From: Ginkgo biloba
Lineage: Eukaryota; Plantae; Ginkgophyta
DNA length: 29,697 nucleotides
Assembly (NCBI GenBank): GCA_024626585.2
Contig: JANKJI020000004.1
Location: forward strand, 139,963,230 to 139,992,926
Direction: 5' to 3'
Every line of letters begins with the position of its first letter. The stretch's first letter is position 1. The translations under genes were made by a program, and so were the position numbers. This document shows, one piece after another, positions 11,412 through 23,844 of this stretch. Under the pieces are notes generated by a model. That model did no database searches, was not told where the DNA came from, and was given only the letters and a program-made list of their open reading frames with translations.

Positions 11412-11427
11412 CTTACGCCCAGAATAA
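11412..11427 (-). CDS. TIM14: TIM14/PAM18 penultimate exon, 3' end only (the rest is in the N-gap)
   Basis: tt att ctg ggc gta ag|gtgggg encodes LILGV(R), the end of the conserved REAALILGVR. The phase-2 donor at 11411 joins the G at 10990 to make AGG (Arg). Confidence 0.9.
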
Positions 11428-13782
11428 NNNNNNNNNNNNNNNNNNNNNNNNNNNNNNNNNNNNNNNNNNNNNNNNNNNNNNNNNNNNNNNNNNNNNNNNN
11501 NNNNNNNNNNNNNNNNNNNNNNNNNNNGATTTGGCACGTTTTTGACATGTTGTTTATAAGTATTTACAAGTTTGTGATTAGTTTCAATTGTTAAACTTCC
11601 AAAACTTATCATATTCTATAGAGCTTTCAATATTAAATATCATATTGAGCAATAAAAATTCACATCTTGCTAAGATGATTTGTGTCCTTGTTAGGTAGTT
11701 TATTTGCCCACACATGACTATAAGCAATAACTTTACCACTTGCTTTATTCTTCACCTCCATCAAAGCCATAGAAAGCTCTCTCCTTATGCCTTGCATCAA
11801 TTTCTAATTCATCTTGTAGCTCGAAAAAATATAAAGGCATTTCAAAAGCATCAAATGTCAATCTTTTTCATAAAATGAAATAGTTGATACCATGGTTTGT
11901 AACATTGAGCTTAACAAAGGTGGAAAGTTATTTTTGAAATAGCATGAAGGCCTTTAGATTCATATCATGGATGGGAACATACTTATGTTGTAATTATTTT
12001 AAATTCAATTCTAAAGGGTGAAACATAGGTTTTCCTATGTGGAGAAAAATTGAAGATGGTATATACCATTACCTATCTTCTCTATGAATGCAGGATTAAA
12101 GTACAACTATCCATACCAATCCTCAATTTCAACTAGCATTTAGAAAAATAATTTGCATTGAGATTTTTTATTTTAATCTATGTGGAGTTGGGAAAAAATC
12201 ATGATATTAACATGCAACATGCAACTTCAAGTAGATTCAAAAGAGCATTTGAAGATTATAAAAAAAAAAGGGCCATTCCTATTCTTATCAAATGTAACCT
12301 CGCTTGTGTGACGACTTACCATGGATGCAAAACTATAAGGTGAGTACTTTTATAAAATATTTTATGTTACATTGCTTTAAATTTATGTTAGGGATACTGA
12401 ATGTATATGGATAATTAACATATATATGGTCAGTTGAGAGGTGTTTGAGTGCAAAAGATCATATGAAAGCACATATGAGAATCCACTTTATATAGTTACT
12501 TCCCTTTCCAATACCAAATGTTCAGAAGGACTACAATTATGAGATCACACTTAAAATGTGTGTACTCCAAAATATAAAAAATGTGTAGGCTTTCTAGGTT
12601 GGAATGTAATTTTATCTTTGTAGTGACCCAAATGGGAAACTACCAAATAATATAGAGAAGTTAATAATTCACAAATAAAGAATGTATAAATGTTATAGAA
12701 AAGAAATAATATCTAATCAAATATACTTGAAGATAAATTAGGCAACCACGATAATTCAGCTGCGTGATGATATCAAATATTGAAATAGTCAATACTATAG
12801 AATACTTGAGATAATAGAAGATGTGGGGCACCTTCCACCATGAACAATCACTAATTTGGGAGCATGTACTACCCAAAAGTAGTAAAATCTTCTAAAATAA
12901 GAAGNNNNNNNNNNNNNNNNNNNNNNNNNNNNNNNNNNNNNNNNNNNNNNNNNNNNNNNNNNNNNNNNNNNNNNNNNNNNNNNNNNNNNNNNNNNNNNNN
13001 NNNNNNNNNNNNNNNNNNNNNNNNNNNNNNNNNNNNNNNNNNNNNNNNNNNNNNNNNNNNNNNNNNNNNNNNNNNNNNNNNNNNNNNNNNNNNNNNNNNN
13101 NNNNNNNNNNNNNNNNNNNNNNNNNNNNNNNNNNNNNNNNNNNNNNNNNNNNNNNNNNNNNNNNNNNNNNNNNNNNNNNNNNNNNNNNNNNNNNNNNNNN
13201 NNNNNNNNNNNNNNNNNNNNNNNNNNNNNNNNNNNNNNNNNNNNNNNNNNNNNNNNNNNNNNNNNNNNNNNNNNNNNNNNNNNNNNNNNNNNNNNNNNNN
13301 NNNNNNNNNNNNNNNNNNNNNNNNNNNNNNNNNNNNNNNNNNNNNNNNNNNNNNNNNNNNNNNNNNNNNNNNNNNNNNNNNNNNNNNNNNNNNNNNNNNN
13401 NNNNNNNNNNNNNNNNNNNNNNNNNNNNNNNNNNNNNNNNNNNNNNNNNNNNNNNNNNNNNNNNNNNNNNNNNNNNNNNNNNNNNNNNNNNNNNNNNNNN
13501 NNNNNNNNNNNNNNNNNNNNNNNNNNNNNNNNNNNNNNNNNNNNNNNNNNNNNNNNNNNNNNNNNNNNNNNNNNNNNNNNNNNNNNNNNNNNNNNNNAGT
13601 TTATCTAGTTAATAAATATGTACATATTTTTGTGTGTTTAATTATAATGTTATTTAATTTTAATGATAATCACATGCCCTTTGTTTGATATTTGTTTATT
13701 CATGGATATAAAATCATCTGTGTAATGTGTAAGCATGGCATAACAATGAGATCTATGAGAATAATGTGCGACCAAATCCTAT

Positions 13783-14516
13783 TCTTTTCAATTCTTTAAT
13801 TCTCTACAAGCTTCCTAAATTTTCCTTCTCAATCTTTTGATCCTCCATAAGCTTCTCCATCTCAATCCTTTCAATATTTACTTGATTTTTAAAATTTTAC
13901 TTATTAATACTTTCATTCTTCATAAGAGCTTCCAAATTCAACTTCTCAAGCCTCCCATCCTCCATAAGATTTACAGAATTAAACTTCATAATTTGTTCAT
14001 ACTTCATAGTCTTTTTTAATTCTTGTTTCTCCATCCTTTGATCCTTTGCAAGCTTTATCAAGTCTACCTTATCATTCCTTTCAATCTCCACAAGTTTTTC
14101 CAAATTCTTCTTTTCAATTCTTTCATTCTTTAGTAACATTTCCAAATTATGTCTCTCAACCCTTCTATGTATAGTTTTGAAGCCTATTTTGCAGTTCTTT
14201 CTTCTTCCAAAAGATTTTTCAAGCTCAATTCCTCATTCCTTCCATCCTCCACAAGTTTATCTAATTTTTGTTTTGCAATTCTTTCATTCTCTATAATCTT
14301 TTCCAAAATTTCCTTCTTAATTCTTGCCTCTTCTACTATCTTTTCCAATAAGGAATTATGAGCTTCCATCTCTTCACACTTTTTAGCTTGGGTTTCATGG
14401 ACTTCCTTTTCCAAATTCTTCTTTTCAATCCTTACATTTTCTAAAATCTTTTCCAACTCTAAATTATGAGTTTGTAACTCATGATAATTCTCACAACACT
14501 TCTTAGTCCTCATCAC
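13783..14516 (-). pseudogene. Decayed ORF of tandem 14-aa (42-nt) coiled-coil repeats, probably TE- or virus-derived
   Basis: Units include LEKILENVRIEKKN, LEKIVEEARIKKEI, LEKIIENERIAKQK, LDKLVEDGRNEELS, LEMLLKNERIEKKN, LEKLVEIERNDKVD, LIKLAKDQRMEKQE and SVNLMEDGRLEKLN. The frame is broken by stops at 14184 and 13897 and by frameshifts. Confidence 0.75.
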
Positions 14517-14960
14517 AATATATTTTGCTTTTTATTGATATTTTATTATCTATTTGTTAGCTTTCTTTAGGTTTTATTTCAAAACCTACAATAATTAACA
14601 ACTTTAAGGATTCAAAGTTTAAATAATTAAAAACCACATAATTCCAAATGAATTTCTCATACATAATCCAATTTTGTTATAATTAATTTTCTTAGTGTTT
14701 AATTATATTAGTTACCATGGATCATCGACTTAGTTCAATTTCAATTTAAAATATTATTACAAAAATAGATTACACAATAAACACAATGCATTATAGACAT
14801 AAAAGATAAGAAAAAATATCATTAACATATTGCTTGTGCAATACTAACTAACTCACCACCAAACAATAGGCTTTCATACCCCCTAAATCAACCAACTCAA
14901 AATCATAAAACTAAATTATACCTACTAATCCAAATTCACTTCAACCAACCAAAATCATGG

Positions 14961-14972
14961 GCTTTGATACCA
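14961..14972 (-). promoter_or_regulatory. tRNA-iMet PBS-like site
   Basis: The minus strand reads TGGTATCAAAGC (11/12 to the canonical TGGTATCAGAGC), about 445 nt upstream of the coiled-coil ORF and in the same orientation. Confidence 0.55.
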
Positions 14973-17900
14973 AATAATCTAAATTCACTTACTTTTCAAC
15001 TTACTTATATGGATATAGCCTAACTCTATGTATGTTAATAGTTCATCTCTAAGGATAATAAAATTACACATTTTATAAGTAGAANNNNNNNNNNNNNNNN
15101 NNNNNNNNNNNNNNNNNNNNNNNNNNNNNNNNNNNNNNNNNNNNNNNNNNNNNNNNNNNNNNNNNNNNNNNNNNNNNNNNNNNNTTAATATTTATGATCA
15201 TAATAGTTCCCATAAAAATGTGATGGATAAAATGAATAAAAGAGTAAGTTAAGTTAGAATCTCTTAAAATACAGATATTTAATGTGGAAAATATATATGA
15301 TAAATTTCATTTTGAACCCCTCATCATAAAGTTAAGCATTTTAGTCAACTATAACACTCATCTTAAAAAGTGATATAAGGAAAATATGACCTCTAGAGAT
15401 ATTACGAAAGCAATGATTGAATATGGAATCAACTTGGGATCACTTGTCAAATATTAAATAATATTATATTTACTTCAAATGAAAGTAAATACCCCTTCAA
15501 GAATCATTTTGCCAAAATATAAGTACCTCTAAGTAGGTATTTGAACCTACTTTTGAATGCCAAGTGGAAAGGAATTTAATTCCTTAGGAATCATGTGAAA
15601 TCCTTATTTAATGTAGCATGCTAGAAACTTTATAGATGAAAATTCATCTTATCTCTATAGATGTGCCTATTTGATCTCTACTTGTGGTTAAAATGTCACC
15701 TCTGAACACCTTGTGGTTCACCTAAAAGAAATATTTATTAAAAAATATGTTTTTTTAATAGCTCATAAAATGCATTTAGTTAAAAGGCTACTTTTGGGGA
15801 GGAAGTATATTTGATCAAGAACTACCACTCTAAAATTTCAAGTCTTAACTCCTTCAGGTTCGCCTAAAATGACCTTTTCTTTTCTTGGGGTTCTATAACC
15901 TTTCTATGACCAGAGATGGAGTCTTGGCCTATAAGATATTTATACAAACCATCCACTTACAAATGTTACACATGCACAAGATAAGAAAAAGTTAAGAGTA
16001 ATATTTATTAAAAGGTTAATTCAACCTTTATCTTGGAAAAGGAAACTTACAACTTAAGTTGCTTAGGAATTTATATCCATCCATAAATTTTAGATACCTC
16101 ATATCTATATATAAAATAAATCTTTGCATGTATGATTTTAAGTATGATTATGCTTATCTTATAAAAATATAAGTAATGTTATTTTGGAAAAGATAAAGAT
16201 AGTAGTCATTTACTCTATCTTATCTTACCCATCATTTATTTAATAATTATTATTTAATTCATTAAAATTTGTAAGAGGGCCTTGGGTATATGTTCCTTAT
16301 GTGACCAAGGTCAAAACAATTCCTCCCTCCTCAAATGAAATGGTCAATGTTTTAATCTTTGATAAATGGGAGAATTTTCACATGATGCTAACATTCATCT
16401 TACACAATGAACAAAAGCGACGATGATAAAGATAAAGTGAAGGAATATTGATTCATTAGAGAGGTTAGATATTCCAATATATAAAATAAAAATGGTATTA
16501 GGGATGGAATCGTACCTAATACATGCCTATCCACTCATAATATAGGCAAAATAAGCAAGTAATGCTTGTGACTAAAAACTAGACAGTCAAGACTTCTTAG
16601 GAGGATAGGAATCTTCTTCGTACTATTAATGCCTACATCCCCTCTTGAATTTTGAAGCCAGAATTGCCCTACAAAGTGTTTAGAGGTCAGTTACAGGGAA
16701 ATCCATGTCCTAATCACTGATGTCTTTTGTTTTTCTCCATTTTCTTTGTTAAAAACACACTGTAATAGCTTAAGATGTAACATAAGTCAACCTCCAAACA
16801 CTTTATCTAAGGGCTATTACATTGTTTGCGTAGGGTAAAAGACAGGGCAATATACATAAGAAGCTTCCCAAGTCAAGAAGTTGACCTATGAAAATGATCA
16901 CAATTAGCATTGCAATCACCAATTATATTACAGATTATGACTAGCATGTATTTTCAGTTACATATGAAAGACTACTTCTAGACTAAAATTTGACAATTCA
17001 TAGATCACAATTAATAGTGCTAACTTTCTATCAACATTGACTGGATATTGTGACTATTTTTATTAAAGATTATGACTAGCAAGCTTGCAGATACCATACA
17101 AATCAAACATTTCCATAATAGTAAACACTTGTTTATTTCACCTGACTTATTGAAAACTAANNNNNNNNNNNNNNNNNNNNNNNNNNNNNNNNNNNNNNNN
17201 NNNNNNNNNNNNNNNNNNNNNNNNNNNNNNNNNNNNNNNNNNNNNNNNNNNNNNNNNNNNNNNNNNNNNNNNNNNNNNNNNNNNNNNNNNNNNNNNNNNN
17301 NNNNNNNNNNNNNNNNNNNNNNNNNNNNNNNNNNNNNNNNNNNNNNNNNNNNNNNNNNNNNNNNNNNNNNNNNNNNNNNNNNNNNNNNNNNNNNNNNNNN
17401 NNNNNNNNNNNNNNNNNNNNNNNNNNNNNNNNNNNNNNNNNNNNNNNNNNNNNNNNNNNNNNNNNNNNNNNNNNNNNNNNNNNNNNNNNNNNNNNNNNNN
17501 NNNNNNNNNNNNNNNNNNNNNNNNNNNNNNNNNNNNNNNNNNNNNNNNNNNNNNNNNNNNNNNNNNNNNNNNNNNNNNNNNNNNNNNNNNNNNNNNNNNN
17601 NNNNNNNNNNNNNNNNNNNNNNNNNNNNNNNNNNNNNNNNNNNNNNNNNNNNNNNNNNNNNNNNNNNNNNNNNNNNNNNNNNNNNNNNNNNNNNNNNNNN
17701 NNNNNNNNNNNNNNNNNNNNNNNNNNNNNNNNNNNNNNNNNNNNNNNNNNNNNNNNNNNNNNNNNNNNNNNNNNNNNNNNNNNNNNNNNNNNNNNNNNNN
17801 NNNNNNNNNNNNNNNNNNNNNNNNNNNNNNNNNNNNNNNNNNNNNNNNNNNNNNNNNNNNNNNNNNNNNNNNNNNNNNNNNNNNNNNNNNNNNNNNNNNN

Positions 17901-20865
17901 NNNNNNNNNNNNNNNNNNNNNNNNNNNNNNNNNNNNNNNNNNNNNNNNNNNNNNNNNNNNNNNNNNNNNNNNNNNNNNNNNNNNNNNNNNNNNNNNNNNN
18001 NNNNNNNNNNNNNNNNNNNNNNNNNNNNNNNNNNNNNNNNNNNNCAATCATCCTCTTTGTTATAAACAATTTTATCTACAATATTACTGCAAATGAAAGA
18101 ATATAAACATCTCATATATTTTTGATATCTTAAATAAGTTAATGTTTTATAGATTTTTGAAGACTTGTATTATACATTATTGGTTATGTATTTCAATTGC
18201 ATTTTGAAATAAAAACATTGATAATGGATGGATTTGAATATACATATTAATGTCCTAGCCTATGGCTAACTCCTCCTATATAAATTCCAAAAGAAACTTT
18301 ATGTTCCATTTGGCAAGTAAATCATGACAATAATAATTGTACCAAACTCATACTCAATCTATTTAGATGATTGAATGAGGATCTATATATGGTTTCTTAA
18401 GAGAGCTATTATAATACGTCATGATCTTCATATAACTCTCTTTAATTATTTCTTATATTTTAAAAGAGGGGAGCAAAGGGGTCACTATAGTTATCTAGTG
18501 GTTAAAATCCATTAATTAGTAAGGAATAAAAAATAGAATGAGAAGGCATAAGGTTATTTTTATTGCCCAAAAATGAACCCTTAAATTTACACCATCAATC
18601 TAAGATATATTTATCATTATACCTTCTTGACCTAGTGTAATAAATAACTATGCCATCATTTTATCCCAACTCTCAATCATTAGGTTCCAAATTGGGGAAC
18701 TACCTTTTATAACGATTTTATTATTATTGGTTTCCTTTAGTGTTCTTCCAAAATATCATATCTTCAACAATATTACCTTCTATATATACATTATCAACTA
18801 GTTGCACTAAATACTATATACCTTTGGTTCCCTAGTGTGAGAAANNNNNNNNNNNNNNNNNNNNNNNNNGATCTTTGATCTCCAAATCAATGATATATTT
18901 GGGTGTTTGAATTTTTTTCTATTTGGTTTATTTAAATGCTTTTCCCTCTTTCTTCTAGGGGGAAATGATTTAGTTCCTACACTTTCTAGTACATTTATCA
19001 CTATTTTAGGAGTAAGAAGTTGGAATACAATCTAGTTTGTCATTTGTAAAGGTATTCTATTTAGATTTTATTTTAATTGAAAGTAANNNNNNNNNNNNNN
19101 NNNNNNNNNNNNNNNNNNNNNNNNNNNNNNNNNNNNNNNNNNNNNNNNNNNNNNNNNNNNNNNNNNNNNNNNNNNNNNNNNNNNNNCTCTCCATGAATCC
19201 CCCTTTGGTCATAGCCCCCTCAACGAGCCTAACCATAGGACAATGTACTATCCTTCTTCTGGTAAGATGGCACATCAATTAGTGTATCCATGCCCCATGG
19301 TAATTTAATTCACTAGTAGGATTTTCTTGATTAGGTTTATTGGTGTAGCCCTCAGGTTTTAGCCAAAAACCATAAATTTGTCAATGAAGGGTGGATACCC
19401 TAGCATTTAGGGTTTATTATGATGCCAAAAGGGGTCTAAGTGATCTATGCATAATATTCTTGAATAAGAAAGGTTGGGTGGTGGATTCAAGTAGGTCTCT
19501 CATAGTTATTAGGCGTTGATAGTTGCATTTATGCATTGAACAATTAGTTACTCGCTTAATTCAATCCTTACAGACAATCCCCATGGCTTATAGAAGGTAG
19601 TTATATCCTTAACTACAAGTAAACCCTAGTTTAATAGTTTTTCCTATAGTCCATAAATTAACGCTATTTACTAACATATACCATAAATTAACAAGTTTGA
19701 GTATCTATTTCATATGGTCCTTTATCATGACATTTATTTATGATTATTTTTCAATTATAATTACATGACTAGAGTCATATCATTCTCTATACAATTCTAA
19801 ACCTTATTTTGTGGGTAAGAGTAAGTTGTGCTTATACATATTTCAATTCAATAATTGTGATACAACTAGGTTTCTTAATGTTTATCCTAAGAGAGACATA
19901 GGGGCCTTCACTTGCAAAAAGTCTAAATTTCCAATTGTAAGGTTTAATTCTTCTTCTTCTTAAGAATAAAGATGATTTAGTTTAGAGATATCTCTTAAGT
20001 TCATGGAGTCTTTAAATGAGATAAATATCAATGCATTAGTTTCAGTGTAACATGATGCATAATATATGTTTGACTTGTATAGATGTGTTCTTGATTTTCT
20101 TTGTTACAAGCTTTCTAGACTTAGTATTTGATGAAATCATGAAATCACTAATGGTAGTTAATGATGCTTACAAGTCTAATTTTTATGAAATTTGAATCAT
20201 ATATCATCTTAGTTATTATTTTCCTTTCATTATTTCATATCATACTTTTGTATGTATTTAATAATCCAAAATATCATTTAAAGAATTGATGACCTAGCAA
20301 GGGCTCAAAGACTTGGTAGGTCGTTCTATTATACAATGAATAAGGGCTTGTAAGCCTTAGAGGGATTCGCATTATAGATGATGTATCCACTTGGCAATTG
20401 GGATTAGCACTGTAGATGATGCATCTTCTTAGTAATTGAAGTATTTTAAAGGTATGTGGAAGCATATGATCGAAATCCAAGGGGATAATCTACTATGCAC
20501 TCTTTGTACTCTTTGATACAATGGAAAACTAACTCTTTGTCAAGTTGTATGGCCTGAATCTACTCTCTGCACATAATTCTTGTCATACTTTGGAAACACG
20601 TGTGTTATAGTCAAATATCATGTNNNNNNNNNNNNNNNNNNNNNNNNNNNNNNNNNNNNNNNNNNNNNNNNNNNNNNNNNNNNNNNNNNNNNNNNNNNNN
20701 NNNNNNNNNNNNNNNNNNNNNNNCATGCAAATGAGTGCCACATGTCTAACATGAAGGCATGAGTTACAAGAAGTGGAGTCATTAAATAGGGCATGCATTT
20801 TAAAGTGGATTAGTGTGGGAGTTGAACTCCACCCTTCCTCTCTAGTTTTTTTGCATTGTGTATTG

Positions 20866-21129
20866 TAGTTGTTATTTAATTCATAGAGGAGTATTGTTAT
20901 AGAAGTTTTATTATGCATGTCCCATCTTTAGTAGTGTTGATTCTATGTGAGGTTATTGTGTATTTTAAGTTGTGCACTCGAATATGTCTTCAAAGAGTAA
21001 GAAGCTAGTTGTTATTTAATTCATAGAGGAGTATTGTTATAGCAGTTTTGTTATGCATGTCCCATCTTTCGTAGTGTTGATTCTATGTGAGGGTATTGTA
21101 TATGTCATGTTGTGCACTCTGATATGTCT
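20866..21129. repeat. 140-bp-period tandem duplication (2 copies, about 124 bp alignable), possibly within an LTR ending near 21359
   Basis: tagttgttatttaattcatagaggagtattgttatag...ttatgcatgtcccatcttt.gtagtgttgattctatgtgagg...tgtgcactc starts at 20866 and 21006. Confidence 0.95.
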
Positions 21130-21439
21130 ATAGTATGTTTAGTCTTACACATAGTATTTTAAGTTGGAGATATTACACTAAGTCATGTAATATACTCTCA
21201 TGATCTTACAGGATTATTTACTAATGAAATTAAGTTATAAATTTCTATCCATCTCATGTATTTTTCTCCTTTGAATATCCTTCTAGTTTCTTTCTCTAAG
21301 ACATAAATCTTCCTTTGAGATCTTGTGTGAAGGTAAAAAGGTCTACCTCGATTCTTACAGATTCGATTGTCAATTTTTAGATCATGTCATTGGGACACGT
21401 GTAAATTTTCACATGTAAAGGAGTTTTCGATTTCTATTT

Positions 21440-21558
21440 GCACTTTAGGAAACTCGTAACATTAGCAAGATAAGTTGCAACATCAACAAGGAAAATCACG
21501 ACGTGGACAGGGAAACCCACAACGTTTCCTAATATTTAGGACTAGAGTTTTTGTAGTG
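21440..21558 (-). mobile_element. Candidate CACTA (En/Spm) transposon terminus
   Basis: The minus strand begins CACTACAAAAA at 21558, followed by subterminal-like motifs in both orientations (gtttcctaa at about 21524, tttaggaaac at about 21443). No partner end or 3-bp TSD was found. Confidence 0.35.
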
Positions 21559-22029
21559 GAATCTCATATTCAAACTGTACTAGTGTAGTTGCCCAACATT
21601 GTCAAAGCTTCCTATTGGTAGTAATAACATTTGGAAGATTTCTTTTTTAGTGTACTTAAAAGGCTTTATCGCTTCTATATACTTGTGAGTTTCTTCCTTT
21701 GTAGGAACCAACCCCCAAGGCACATCAAGAATTTGGTCTTGCAGTACAAAGATATTGTTCAAATTTTAGACGCTAACTTCGAATGCACTACATTTTATAT
21801 CGTTGCTCTCCATTCTTTGCTTAGAAAGGTTATTTTTGAAAACTCCCTATGAAGTCTCTAATATTTTGTTTTGTTGTTTATATGTTGGTGTTAAATATTA
21901 GTCCATGTCCATGGCAAATGCATGGTATTTTAATTTTTCTCCATGACACAAAAATCCAAGTATCATACCCACACCCTTCTCATTGCACAATATGGTATAC
22001 AATTCTAAGGGAATAGTGTCTTATTAAAT

Positions 22030-22063
<34 letters not shown>
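22030..22063. repeat. Compound microsatellite (CT)7(CA)9
   Basis: Read directly from the sequence. Confidence 0.97.
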
Positions 22064-22065
<2 letters not shown>

Positions 22066-22406
22066 CGTTGCAATTAGACATCCATCCACAAATTAAGACA
22101 ATAAAATTTGAATTTGTCCGTACCTATGGTTGGCTCCATATTTAACCATGATTGTTTAATGCATAAATAAATTAGCTCAATAATTAAGTACGATTGAATA
22201 AATGTTATAAAATATAATTACTTAGACAATGTTAANNNNNNNNNNNNNNNNNNNNNNNNNNNNNNNNNNNNNNNNNNNNNNNNNNNNNNNNNNNNNNNNN
22301 NNNNNNNNNNNNNNNNNNNNNNNNNNNNNNNNNNNTTAGACAATGTTAAGATATCAATAAAATATTAATTAATTAAATTGTTTAGTATTGAAATAATATT
22401 TTTATG

Positions 22407-22600
22407 GTGTAGCATTAGGTTTGAGGAGAAAGAATGTTATTCATATAGTATAGACTAGATAGTCCCCTCACTACAAGTCGCGGAGGGGGGGGCGCGGGGG
22501 GCGAGGCAGGGGGGATCTTTTTAAAGAGTGTAGCATTAGGGTTGAGGAGAAAGAATTTTATTAGTATAGATTTTGTAAAAGATAGTCCCATCACTACAAG
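22407..22600. repeat. ~70-bp direct repeat (period 121) flanking a G-rich tract
   Basis: gtgtagcattagg.ttgaggagaaagaat.ttatt...gatagtccc.tcactacaag at 22407 and 22528, with G-runs at 22482-22514 between the copies. Confidence 0.9.
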
Positions 22601-23844
22601 ACATGCAAGTCCCTTCCCTCTTTTTACACAAATTAAACTTAAGATGAAGAATAAGAATATAAATAGGTGTGAGGTTAGTGACATGCCATTGATATATGTG
22701 CCCAAAATACATGAATCCAATATCCATGCCTCTAAGAAGGGACAACCAAACAAGAAATCAATGCAAGTCACAAGTGAGTCTAGATTTGAGTTGTTGGGAG
22801 GTCAAAAATGCATGCTAGAAAATGATACATTCCATTTAATTTTTTGTATGAGTTAAGGGGATTTTGTTGATAGTTTGTAGGATTTCAAGATTTCTGTTGA
22901 CCTCTTAGATAATATGAAACACTAAATGATGTGCAGCACTAATTAGCACGATCTAAAGGCTTTAGTGGCCAAGGCATGACTAAATGCATAATACGACTCG
23001 GTGCTAAGAGATCACCAAGGGCTTGCAATGTAATATAATATTTAAAAAAGGCACGCGATGGTGCCATGTGGCACCATCATGCAACCCCTCCTTGCGATGC
23101 CCAATTTTAGGGGTAAAGAATAGAAGTAAAATGGCCCCCCATGAGCCCAAGCTTGTGAGGGGCCGAATGCATTAAAACAAAGATGCTTGGAAAAATCTCG
23201 AGTGCCCACAACACTCAATTATAAATTTATTACTGGCGCACAAACCTAGAAAGACTTAAAGGCGATACAGAAGGGATATTTCTTTTATATTCAAGGAGCC
23301 ATTATGGAAATGGTAGTTCCACCTGCACTTTATCAATGTTCTCTAAGAGGGATTTCAGAGGAAGGAGATATTTTTTCTATTNNNNNNNNNNNNNNNNNNN
23401 NNNNNNNNNNNNNNNNNNNNNNNNNNNNNNNNNNNNNNNNNNNNNNNNNNNNNNNNNNNNNNNNNNNNNNNNNNNNNNNNNGGAGTGATGTGTCGTCTAA
23501 CTCTCCATCTCAATCGTTCCTTTCCCTTAGTTCTTTTGGTCATGAGAATACTCATTTTGAATATTTGCTTAGAAATGATAGCAACTAGTATCCTTGGTTT
23601 TGTATCGACGAGTCCATAAACTTAATGCATTTACTCATCTTTTTATTGTAAAATAGAAAAATCATGGAAGAAATAGTGATGAGCTGACAAACAGTCTAGG
23701 GTTTCAAACGTGTAAAAATTGCCCATTGCTGCAAGCTAGCACTAAGGTAAAGAAAATAATAGCAACTATGGAGCTAAATGCATGGTTTAATTAGGGCAGT
23801 CCCAAACCAAGGTGGAAAGTGACGCGTTTCTCCCAATTTCATTT

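Noticed and set aside
18560-20620. Faint retroelement-like words (FPPRR, GY...SKAYK, purine tract near 19200)
   Set aside because: Too short and degenerate to assign a family. Probably old TE debris.
22222-22349. ttagacaatgttaa repeated on both sides of a 100-N gap
   Set aside because: An identical sequence at both contig ends is most simply an unmerged contig overlap.
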